This document shows, in pieces, positions 21,634 through 30,858 of a DNA stretch of 64,000 nucleotides. Numbering within the stretch: position 1 is the stretch's first letter; the number at the start of each line of letters is the position of its first letter. The stretch is from Calditrichia bacterium (GTDB lineage: Bacteria > Calditrichota > Calditrichia > JAJRVZ01). The DNA lies in assembly GCA_963796965.1 (NCBI GenBank), contig CAWCNS010000005.1, positions 512,001 through 576,000 of the forward strand. The letters are read 5' to 3'. Below the pieces are notes generated by a model, which was given only the letters and a program-made list of their open reading frames with translations, was not told the DNA's origin and did not search any database. The position numbers and the translations under genes are program-made.

Positions 21634-22569
21634 TCATACAGTTTGTGCGGTAACTTGTATTTTTTTATATATTTCTTTCACATCATGAATCCTGATATTC
21701 CCAGCCAGTTCTGTAAGCACATTAGCTGCTCCACAAGCCATCCCAAATTTGGTTGCAGATAACAAGGTCTCTCCTTGTACCAACCTGCTTGCAATGCCGG
21801 CCGCAATCGCATCTCCTGATCCGATTGGATTAACAACCTCAAGCAACGGCGAGCTAATTTTAAAAAAATCATCCCCAACAAATAACCATGCCGCCGGAGA
21901 GCCGTCTGTTACCAGCACATTTTGAGCGCCCTCTTTTACCAATTGTTTCATCGCCTTAAGCAAGACTTGTTCCGAATCAATTTTTTGGCCGAGCGTTTTT
22001 TGCAACTCCTCCTTGTTAGGCTTAACCAGAAACGGACGCGATGAAAGCGCATACCTGAGCAGGGGTCCGGAGCCATCGATCATAACCGAAAGGCTTCTTT
22101 TTACAGCAAGATCTGATAGCGTTTTATAGATCATATCTGAAAATCCGGATGGGACCGTACCCGAAAGAATAACAAATTCACTTTGTGGTAACAGCGATTT
22201 ATAGTATTGTTCGGTATTTTGTACCTCGGCATGGTGTACTTCCGGGCTTTCTTCAACTATTTCGGTTTGGCTTTTATCCCGATCAAGTAAGGTCATACAA
22301 ATACGGGTATCATTTTCACATGATACATGTTGAAAAGTAATGTTATCCTTTTTAAAACATTCTTTGACAGCTTCACCGGTATGGCCACCCAGCATCGTTA
22401 ACAGATGGCCTGGTTTATCCAACTGAACGAGGTTTCTGGCAATGTTTATCCCTTTCCCGCCAGCGGATATTTCAAATCGCCCGGCACGATTAACCTTATT
22501 TTGTTCAAATCCATCCAGCCATAAGGTATGTTGGAGGGCAGGCGTCAGACATACAATGAGAATTTTCAT
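21634..22569 (-). CDS. 1-phosphofructokinase/tagatose-6-phosphate kinase family (PfkB) sugar kinase
   Basis: AGGKGINIAR, LSGTVPSG, KPNKEEL, NPIGSGD. Confidence 0.92.
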   Translation of the reverse strand: MKILIVCLTPALQHTLWLDGFEQNKVNRAGRFEISAGGKGINIARNLVQLDKPGHLLTMLGGHTGEAVKECFKKDNITFQHVSCENDTRICMTLLDRDKSQTEIVEESPEVHHAEVQNTEQYYKSLLPQSEFVILSGTVPSGFSDMIYKTLSDLAVKRSLSVMIDGSGPLLRYALSSRPFLVKPNKEELQKTLGQKIDSEQVLLKAMKQLVKEGAQNVLVTDGSPAAWLFVGDDFFKISSPLLEVVNPIGSGDAIAAGIASRLVQGETLLSATKFGMACGAANVLTELAGNIRIHDVKEIYKKIQVTAQTV

Positions 22570-22605
22570 GGTATAAAATTTTCTATTATTTGTCTCGTAT
22601 AAACT

Positions 22606-22702
22606 TCACCCTGGAAAATCAAGAATCTCTACCAGGCCCTTCATTGGCAATATATTTTTCCCCAACATTAAGACCTCTAAAAAGAGCAATGTATGTATTC
22701 AT
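22606..22702 (-). pseudogene. Truncated, frameshifted DUF1697-family N-terminus
   Basis: MNTYIALFRGLNVG then, after a 1-nt shift, KNILPMKGLVEILD; GAAGGA RBS. Confidence 0.65.
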
Positions 22703-22718
22703 ACAAGATTCCTTCTTC

Positions 22719-22819
22719 AGTTAACATAAAGGTAAAACGCCTGGCAGACTCCAATATCACCTGAAATGGGTGAATGAAAGCCAGACCAGGTTGTTGCGCG
22801 TTTTGACCAAACGATAGCG
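22719..22819 (-). mobile_element. Degenerate integron attC-like recombination site
   Basis: Minus strand CGCTATC-GTTT-GGTCAAAACGC ... GCGTTTTACC-TTTAT-GTTAACT with one unpaired C in the left L box; ends 17 nt before the DUF1697 ATG. Confidence 0.5.
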
Positions 22820-22863
22820 AGGGTACTCTGATAAGTAAAAACTTGAACCTAGCTACCCATGAA

Positions 22864-23778
22864 CTATATAACATTCAATCGAATAAGGTGTTTTTTTATG
22901 TTTTCTCTTTCTTCAGGTGTGGCTTCATCTAATGGTAAACGGGGAGGGCCTACCGGATGGCCGGCTATATCCAATGCAGCCTTTAACACCGGAATTGGAT
23001 TTATCCTGCCATTTGGCGCCAAGGCCCTGAAGAATGGATCCAGTTCTTTATGGATCTTTAAAGCGCTTTCATTTTGGCCTTGCAGAAAAAAGTTTATCAT
23101 TTCTCTCATTTTGCCACCAATCAAATGTGAGCCACCACTAACAACACCAGCTGCACCTTGCACGAAACCGCACAATACCATAAGATCATCACCATTATAA
23201 ACAGTAAAGTCTTCCGGGGTAACCAACGCGTATTCAGTCATTTGGGTTGGATTAATACCCGCTTCATCCTTGATACCTTTTATATTGTCAAATTTATTAG
23301 AAAGTTGGGAAACCAATTCAGGCTCTAAATTCACACCTGCAAAGAGTGGAATATTGTATAACAGGATATCTATACTTACACTTTTTGCAACCGTTTCAAA
23401 AAATTTATAGATGCCTTCCTTGCTTGGTTTGCAGTAATAGGGCGCCACAACCATGACCGCTTCATAGCCAAGCTTTTCAGCTTCCTGACTTAATGTTACC
23501 ACATCTTGTACTGAAGCAGCCCCGGCACCAGCAACCAGTGGTACTCTGCCTGCCACCGTATCTTTAACCACTTTATACATTTTAATTCGTTCAGAAACAT
23601 TCATCGTGTTAAATTCACCGGTTGTACCTGTTACTGCAATGGAATCACAATATTTTTTTTCGATCAAAAAGTCGGCGAGTCTTGCCGCTTCATTCAAATT
23701 GACCTCACCGGTATTTTTATCAAAAGGTGTTACCATTGGTACAATAATATGCCTAAGTTTTTCTTTCAATGTTTCCAT
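22864..23778 (-). CDS. dapA: Dihydrodipicolinate synthase (DapA) family aldolase
   Basis: PMVTPF, GTTGE, VAPYY, LYNIP, GIKD (Schiff-base Lys), NPIPVLKAAL, PRLPL. Confidence 0.85.
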   Translation of the reverse strand: METLKEKLRHIIVPMVTPFDKNTGEVNLNEAARLADFLIEKKYCDSIAVTGTTGEFNTMNVSERIKMYKVVKDTVAGRVPLVAGAGAASVQDVVTLSQEAEKLGYEAVMVVAPYYCKPSKEGIYKFFETVAKSVSIDILLYNIPLFAGVNLEPELVSQLSNKFDNIKGIKDEAGINPTQMTEYALVTPEDFTVYNGDDLMVLCGFVQGAAGVVSGGSHLIGGKMREMINFFLQGQNESALKIHKELDPFFRALAPNGRINPIPVLKAALDIAGHPVGPPRLPLDEATPEERENIKKHLIRLNVI

Positions 23779-24232
23779 TCTTTTGTGTTCCTCTCTGGTT
23801 GATACATATAACTCTTAAAATCCCAGGTTGTCAAAACCTTTCAGCATTTTTACTTAAAACATTAAGAGTTACTTTTGTTAAATACAAACTCTATTTACTA
23901 TTCCTTTGTTAGATTCTAACGACTAACACCGCAGTAAGTTGATTTTTGGTGTTACTATTATGGGTAGTATCTTTTTTGCTTCGTTGATTGGTTTAGGATC
24001 GGGCGTCTCACAATCTTATACCGATTAGCGTCATCATCTGGCAATTGTATATATTATCCTTTTATCATTAATACATTGCGGCGAGCGATGGCATAGACAT
24101 CTATCAGAGAAAAAGCCTTTTTTACAGTTTTTGGTAAAAAAGCACTAATTAGAAACTATAGAACAGTTTTATAACTTTGACAGATCCCGTGGTGAGGAGG
24201 ATTTGAAAATGAAAGAATGATAGTGCTAAATA

Positions 24233-24440
24233 AAATTCTAAGCATTAAATACTAAATCCTAAACAAATTCAAAGTTTTAAAAATACAAATATTAAGATTC
24301 ATGCCCTTGGCTGTCATTATGAAGGGATCTTCCTGTTCCATGTAAGAGGATGCTTACAGCATGACACTTGGGGTATTTACCGGTTTGAAAATTTAAATTT
24401 TAATATTATTTTTGGATTTAGATATTAGTATTTAGAATTT
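24233..24440. repeat. ~210-bp composite miniature element (copy 2)
   Basis: Colinear with 21391-21599, including AAGGGATCTTCCTG, GATGCTTACAGC, ACCGGTTT and GGATTTAGATATT. Confidence 0.8.
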
Positions 24441-24450
24441 GCTTTTATAG

Positions 24451-24544
24451 CGGGAGTACATGGGAGTCGAACCCACCCGACCCCGTTTTACAGGGTCACA
24501 TTGGCTTTGAAGGCCAAGGCCAGCACCGGCTGACACCTACTCCC
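24451..24544 (-). tRNA. selC: tRNA-Sec (anticodon UCA)
   Basis: GGGAGTAG-GT-GTCAGC CGGT GCTGGC (6-bp D stem, 4-nt loop)-CTTGGC CTTCAAA GCCAAT-long variable arm GACCCTGT AAA ACGGGGTC-GTGGG TTCGACT CCCAT-GTACTCCC-G; CCA not encoded. Confidence 0.95.
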
Positions 24545-24659
24545 ATGGACAATATCAATAGTCAATAATCAACATTCAATTCTCTCCGAAGGAGTCCTTC
24601 CGACAATATTCAACTGATTTAGTAATTGGCACTCGTATCCCTATGTAATTCGAGAATCA

Positions 24660-24715
24660 GGATACCCAAATTCCCAATTCCCAATTCCCAATTCCCAATT
24701 ACTAATTACTAATTT
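24660..24715. repeat. Heptamer tandem repeat (AATTCCC/AATTACT)n
   Basis: aattcccaattcccaattcccaattcccaattactaattactaatt; similar heptamer tracts near 27701, 35550-35630, 45975-46112, 49463-49565, 57273-57355, 58945-59110. Confidence 0.75.
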
Positions 24716-25034
24716 GTCAATATAGCCGCATAAAATCAACTCTTTTTAATCTCACTATTGATAAACTCCTCGCTGATGTTTACTTTGATTTTATGACTTA
24801 AATTCTACCATACCTATTGCCCCTAAACACAAAGGACGCAAAGAATGCACAAAGATCACTAAGGAATTAAGAATTGCTAATTTAGAATAAAGAATGTCAA
24901 AAATATTATCTAATTAAAGTACCGGAAATATTCAAATTCTTAATTCTTAACTCTAAAAGCCTAATTGCTTTTTTACTTTGTGTAATTTGAGTCTACTCTA
25001 AGATCTTTGTGTTTAATTCTTTTTGGAGATAATT

Positions 25035-27490
25035 ATGTACAAAAAATGTGAAGTACCTGTTGCCTCATTGAGGAAAGAAGTTGATTTATCGAAAATTGAA
25101 TTTACCACCACTGAAGATATTCAATCCCTAAGTACTGTGATAGGCCAGGACCGGGCTGTCCGGGCCATAAATTTTGGCCTTTCAATTGAAGATCCCTCCT
25201 ATAATATTTTTGTTACCGGATTCAGGGGTACCGGGCGGACAACTATCGTTCGAGATCTTTTGGATAAATTGGCGTCCACCCGTTCAAAACCCGACGACTG
25301 GATATTTGTTTATAATTTTGACAACCCTGATGAACCACGAGCGATCAACCTACCCAGCAGAAAAGCAAAATCATTTATCACTAAATATGGGCGGCTGATT
25401 GGTAAAATAAAAATATCTTTAAAAGCTGCTTTTGAAAGCGAACAATACATCGAGAAGAAAAATGAAATTGTTGATAAAAACCAGACAAAAAAACGAGATA
25501 AATTTACTTTAATTGAGGGTGAAGCGCGCAAATTAAATATTTTGATCAAGGGCTCAACATCAGGATTTCAGACCATTCCACTCAAAGACGATAAACCAAT
25601 GGACGATGCTTATTTTCAAAGTTTAACAAAAAAAGATCAAAAACGGATTGAAGAAGATATTAAGGTGATTCAAAAGATAATTCAGGATATGGTTTATGAA
25701 GCAACCACGATTGACCGTCTGGCTGAAGATGAGGTGGAAAAATTGAACGTTGAGGTTGCGAATTATATTGTAGGTACCCACTTTGTTGATTTGGTTAATG
25801 AGTTTGAACAATTCCCACAAGTCATTGAATATATAAAAGAAGTGATCGAAGACATTATCCAAAATGTCTATGCTTTCATGGAGGTAAAACAAAATGATCA
25901 ACCTCCCGGGAGACCAGGGGAACCGAATGACGGCAAGAGTGTTGACAAGTATAAAGTAAATCTGGTCGTTGACAATGATCATTTAAAAGGTGCACCAGTT
26001 ATCTATGAAATGAATCCAACCTATAATAATCTTTTTGGCAGAATAGAGAAAAAATCGTATATGGGCTACCTTTACACTGATTATACAATGATAAAGGCTG
26101 GTTCATTGCTTAGAGCAAATGGTGGTTATCTGATCCTTGATATTGACCAGATACTCAAAAATTCCTTTGTATACGATGCTTTGAAAAGGGCCCTACGTAC
26201 ACGTTGTCTTGTGATTGAAGATGTCAATGAATTGTATGGTGTAATGACTTCAGCCGGATTAAAGCCCAGTCCGATTAATATTGATGTAAAAGTCATTATG
26301 ATTGGTCGCAGTCAGATTTATCACGGTTTGCATACATACGATGAAGATTTTCGAAAAATCTTCAAGGTAAGAGCCGATTTTGACTATGAAGTCCGGGAGA
26401 CACCTGCTAATGTTAAAAAATATGTTCAATTTGTGGCCAGGGTGGTCAATGAGGAAGAGTTACATCCTTTCGACAGGGGCGCTGTTAAAGAAGTTATCGA
26501 GCATGCCTTTAAACTAGTGGACCACCAGGGCAAGATGTCGATTCGTTTCTCTGAGATAGTACGGTTAATTCGTGAATCATCCTATTGGGCAAAACAACGA
26601 AAACATAAAAATGTCCATCATCAGGATGTACACAAGGCCATTGAAGAGGAAAACTACAGACGAAATCTACCTGAAGAGAAGATCCAAAATGCTATCCGGG
26701 AAAAGACTTATAAATTTGATGTTGATTCGGCAAAGGTAGGACAAATTAATGGACTTGCCGTTTATAATCTTGGTGATTACAGTTTTGGTAAACCTACGCG
26801 GATAACAGTTTCTACCTATATCGGTAGCCGTGGGATCATTAATATCGAAAGAGAAGCAAAACTTAGTGGGAAAATTCATGATAAAGGTTTATTAATTCTG
26901 TCTGGATTTTTTGCATCTCGGCTTGGTCGGACCATGCCACTTTCATTTTCTGCAAGCATTACCTTTGAGCAGAGTTATGGCATGATTGACGGTGATAGTG
27001 CCTCCTGCGCAGAACTCTATGCCCTGCTCTCCTCGCTCTCCGGAATTCCAATATACCAGGGAATTGCTGTTACCGGATCAATCAATCAAAAAGGTGAAGT
27101 ACAAGCTGATTGGGGGTGTCAATGAAAAGATTGAAGGCTTCTATGAAGTATGTAAACTAAATAAACTTAATGGAAAACAAGGTGTCCTTATTCCCGAATC
27201 AAACGTAAAAAACCTAATGCTCGCTCCTGAAGTAATTGACGTCTGTTAAAAAGGGTAAATTCAACGTCTGGGCGGTTGGAAAAATTGATGATGGTATACG
27301 AATTCTTACCGGAGTTTCTGCCGGACAGTTACACAAAGATGGCACCTTTACCAAAGATTCTGTTTTTGATAAAGCACAGAAACGCATTGCTGAATTCAGT
27401 AAAATTACTAAAAAGTTTGGAAAGTCCCTCGATAAAGAAATCCAGCAGGAATTTAAGGACAATAATAAAGAGGATGAGGAGGAAGAATAA
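25035..27490 (+). CDS. Lon-like ATP-dependent protease (AAA_32 + Lon_C, S16 family), two apparent 1-nt insertions near 27108 and 27242
   Basis: [15 protein letters not shown] Walker-A-like, [34 protein letters not shown] (catalytic Ser); [11 protein letters not shown] (catalytic Lys) in the next frame. Confidence 0.88.
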
Positions 27491-27534
27491 CTATAAACAG
27501 TGATCAGTATTCAGTAATTGGTAATAAAGTTGTG

Positions 27535-27562
27535 GTAGCGGTGCGATTAATCGCGCCGTTAC
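27535..27562. repeat. Dispersed REP of the RAYT family
   Basis: GTAGCGGTGCGATTAATCGCGCCGTTAC matches the array REPs at 61228-63259. Confidence 0.85.
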
Positions 27563-27720
27563 GTAAAGACAATCGCACGGTTGATTTACGTTGTTTTGAT
27601 TATCAGATAATATTATTATTAATTTCTCACATATACCATTACCTTCCCTCGTATTAATATCGGACCAAGAGCGGAGCATTCGAATATCTTATACCCATAG
27701 CAAATTACGAATTACAAATT

Positions 27721-28575
27721 TCACTCTTCACTCTTCAATCTAAGCGCTGCCTTCAGGCTCTCCCTGACTACATCCCTTGGCATCTCCTTCCCTGTCCAAA
27801 TCTTAAAAGAATGAGCAGCTTGCTCTATTAACATCTCTAAACCATTTAGAATAATGATATTGTCAGATATTTTTTGAGCATCATCCAAAAGTTTTGTCAG
27901 CTCTGGATTATAAACAAGATCATAGACGATGGCATTTGTTTTCAGATCTTTTAAACCAGGAAGTGGGGTTTTATCAATCCCCGGATAGGTGCCCAGAGGG
28001 GTTGCATTCACAATTAAATCATACTTGCGACTGCCTTCGACAGCATGCTCAAATTCAAGAAAGTTTAGTGTTGCAGGATTTACCAAAGGTTGAAGTTTTA
28101 ATAAAATATCTTCAAATTTTTCTTTACTACGGCCGGCAACGACAATTTGGTCCGGCTTAAGATACTTCCCTATTGAATATATTACCGCTCTTCCCGCCCC
28201 ACCAGTACCCAGCAGCAGACAAGATGATATCTTCTGCTTAACCTTGAGAAGAGGCGCAATAAACCCAGCAATATCTGTATTATACCCTTTCCAATTGGAA
28301 CCGGTTTTCAGGACTGTATTGACTGCCCCAATTGCCTCTGCATCCTTATCTATATCATCCAAATAATCCAGAATCCTCCCCTTATAAGGAATGGTTATAT
28401 TAAATCCGTCAATGTTTTCGTCCCTAAGATTCTTAATTGATGAATCAAATTTGTCTGGTAATATTTGATATTTTTTGTATTCAGCTGCTATGGATAAGGC
28501 CTGGAATCCTGCATTATGCATGGGAGGCGATAATGAATGGGAAAGCGGATACCCGAGAACACCGTATTTTTTCAT
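27721..28575 (-). CDS. aroE: Shikimate dehydrogenase
   Basis: HSLSPPMHN, GFNITIPYK, IGAVNT, GYNTD, GTGGAGRA, NATPLG, YDLVYNP, GLEMLIEQA. Confidence 0.97.
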   Translation of the reverse strand: MKKYGVLGYPLSHSLSPPMHNAGFQALSIAAEYKKYQILPDKFDSSIKNLRDENIDGFNITIPYKGRILDYLDDIDKDAEAIGAVNTVLKTGSNWKGYNTDIAGFIAPLLKVKQKISSCLLLGTGGAGRAVIYSIGKYLKPDQIVVAGRSKEKFEDILLKLQPLVNPATLNFLEFEHAVEGSRKYDLIVNATPLGTYPGIDKTPLPGLKDLKTNAIVYDLVYNPELTKLLDDAQKISDNIIILNGLEMLIEQAAHSFKIWTGKEMPRDVVRESLKAALRLKSEE

Positions 28576-28659
28576 GATCTTAGATATTTAAATAGAAGAG
28601 TTAGAGGAAGAAACTTTGAATTGGAACTGCGAATCTTATTCCTCTGATTAATATATCCG

Positions 28660-28753
28660 GTCATTCTGCAAGAATCTTCTTGCGTTCAAATTTGCTCTCG
28701 GCACCATGAAAGATCCTTATCCCAAACGGGATCCCGTTCCGGGACAGAATGAC
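28660..28753. repeat. GTCAT...ATGAC palindromic element
   Basis: GTCATTCTG...CAGAATGAC arms; the right arm matches 56264-56306 in reverse complement (TGTCCCGGAACGGGATC...AAGGATC). Confidence 0.65.
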
Positions 28754-28816
28754 GGTTCAGATTCATTATTATTTCAAAATATGTGGTGACATTGAGTTAA
28801 TATAACACAAATAAAC

Positions 28817-29347
28817 TTATAATTCAGATCCCTTAACATCAATCATGTCGCGTTTTTTTGAATATCCCCTGACGATCATAGCCAGGCCCAGTATAACCAG
28901 GGCCAGGGGCCAGAATGTCTTAATTTGTTCATAAACATACCAGGGAGGATAATATCCCACATAGGACCAATAAAATAATCCGCCAATGGCACCAAAAATC
29001 ACGGTCCATACAAGATTGGTCGTTTTATCTTCTTTAAAGAACATGTAAACAAGATTAGCCAGAGCAAGCGATACAAAAAAAGCTGCAAATCCAAACTCAT
29101 CAGCCCTGGGAAAAACTCTCTCACGCATTAATAACATGGAAAGTCCAAAAACAGAAAAGAAAACACCGCCAAACAATCCATGTTTCTGAGGATGCCCCAC
29201 ACCTTTGACCAGGAAAATAATACCGAGGAAAATGCAACCGTAGGTAACAAGATCGGCCCTTGAAAAATCGATAAGATCAACCTGATAAAGAAGGATCAAA
29301 ACACCTATAGAAATTAATACTATTCCCGACCAGTATTGCTTTTGCAT
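28817..29347 (-). CDS. LiaF/DUF5668-like membrane protein
   Basis: WSGIVLISIGVLILL and FWPLALVILGL motifs; several TM helices; follows the PspC gene. Confidence 0.7.
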   Translation of the reverse strand: MQKQYWSGIVLISIGVLILLYQVDLIDFSRADLVTYGCIFLGIIFLVKGVGHPQKHGLFGGVFFSVFGLSMLLMRERVFPRADEFGFAAFFVSLALANLVYMFFKEDKTTNLVWTVIFGAIGGLFYWSYVGYYPPWYVYEQIKTFWPLALVILGLAMIVRGYSKKRDMIDVKGSEL

Positions 29348-29361
29348 TCCTATTACTCCCT

Positions 29362-30021
29362 TTATGTTTTATTTGCTTTTTCATTAATTTCAAAGGGCGG
29401 CTCAGGAAAAACTATCAGCATAATCAAATAGACAATAACGCCAACACCAGCAGAAAGAAGCGTCGCTATAACCCAGAGAATCCTAATAACTGATACATCC
29501 ATATCAAAATACTCTGCAATTCCCCCACAAACTCCACCGATCATCTTTTGGATGCGGGAACGGTATAATTTTTTGTCATCTGTTTCTTTTTCTTCGCCTT
29601 CCACACGAACTTTTGATTTATTGAAAAGTAAGGCACCACCTGCTACTATTAATATTATTGCCCAGATAGATTGCCAGGGAATATGCCAGAATCGGAATGC
29701 ATAGAAAAAACCGAATTGCTTTAATAGTAAGAATGCCCCAATGACAATTAAAAGCGATCCCCAGAAAAGAGGCTTATCTTTTATTATACTATCTCTGTTT
29801 TCTGATGCTGTCTGATCAGGGTTACTAGGTATAATGATGAGCGAGGCGAGATAGATAATGATGCCAGAGCCACCAAGGAAGACCAGAACAACCCATAGTA
29901 ATCGCATCAGGTTCGCATCAATGCTAAAATACTCCGCCATACCGCCACATACCCCACCAATCATACGATTTGATTGAGAACGGTATAATTTTCGATTCTT
30001 GAAATCTGAACTTTCCGTCAT
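29362..30021 (-). CDS. pspC: Double PspC-domain envelope stress protein
   Basis: Two KLYRSxxxxMIGGVCGGxAEYF repeats flanking a LiaF-like TM segment. Confidence 0.88.
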   Translation of the reverse strand: MTESSDFKNRKLYRSQSNRMIGGVCGGMAEYFSIDANLMRLLWVVLVFLGGSGIIIYLASLIIIPSNPDQTASENRDSIIKDKPLFWGSLLIVIGAFLLLKQFGFFYAFRFWHIPWQSIWAIILIVAGGALLFNKSKVRVEGEEKETDDKKLYRSRIQKMIGGVCGGIAEYFDMDVSVIRILWVIATLLSAGVGVIVYLIMLIVFPEPPFEINEKANKT

Positions 30022-30330
30022 TTTTCTCCTCCATAGACCTTTTTTATAACTAAAAGACGTAAATTATATGTGGAAGTTTCACAATGCCCGTTTTATACTT
30101 AAGCGTTGTCTGTTTTCTAATGATCTACTTAATTGTTCATTTAATTTTTAACCACTAAGTACACAAAGACATTTCTTAATAATAACTTTGTGATCTTAGT
30201 GCCTTCTTGGTGAACTTTGTGGTAAAGTTTTTATCTTTTTTTGTCTCTGAACGGCCAAAGGCAGTCGTTCATCCCGATGGAGGGCCCTGCGAATCTCATT
30301 GCTGAAAATCAACATTAAGAATCGTTACTG

Positions 30331-30798
30331 CTATTTTATGTCCAATATTTCATATTTTAGGATACCTGCTGGTGCCTGGACTTCAATCACATCACCCACC
30401 GCCTGGCCAAGCAAGGCCTTTCCAATCGGTGACTCTACTGAAATTTTATTCTCCTCAAAATTCGCCTCAGCCGGAGAGACAAGCGTATATTCTAATTCAT
30501 CTTTGAATTTTAAATCTTTCAAAACGATTGTTTTTAAAATATAAACTTTATCATCAGGGAGATCCTCTTCTTTAATGACGCGTGTACGTCCGATACGATC
30601 TTCCAGCTGTTGAATTTTTGTTTCCATAAAAGAAAGTTCTTCTCTTGCAGCATGATATTCCGCATTCTCTTTCAGATCGCCATGCTCTCTTGCCGTTGCC
30701 ACTTTCTGTGATATTATTGGTCTTTTATTGTATTTGCATTCATGTAGTTCGGCCTTTAATTTTTGCAGACTTTCATCAGTCATATATTCATACTGCAC
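30331..30798 (-). CDS. greA: Transcription elongation factor GreA
   Basis: AREHGDLKENAEYHAAREE, ISVESPIGKALLG; AAAGGAGA RBS before the GTG at 30798. Confidence 0.97.
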   Translation of the reverse strand: MQYEYMTDESLQKLKAELHECKYNKRPIISQKVATAREHGDLKENAEYHAAREELSFMETKIQQLEDRIGRTRVIKEEDLPDDKVYILKTIVLKDLKFKDELEYTLVSPAEANFEENKISVESPIGKALLGQAVGDVIEVQAPAGILKYEILDIK

Positions 30799-30858
30799 GT
30801 CTCTATCTCCTTTAATATGTTTCAAATACTTTTCCCGACCTGCCTAAGACTGGCGAGA

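Noticed and set aside
23900..24200. Possible decayed membrane-protein gene
   Set aside because: Only short hydrophobic fragments with stops; family not recognisable
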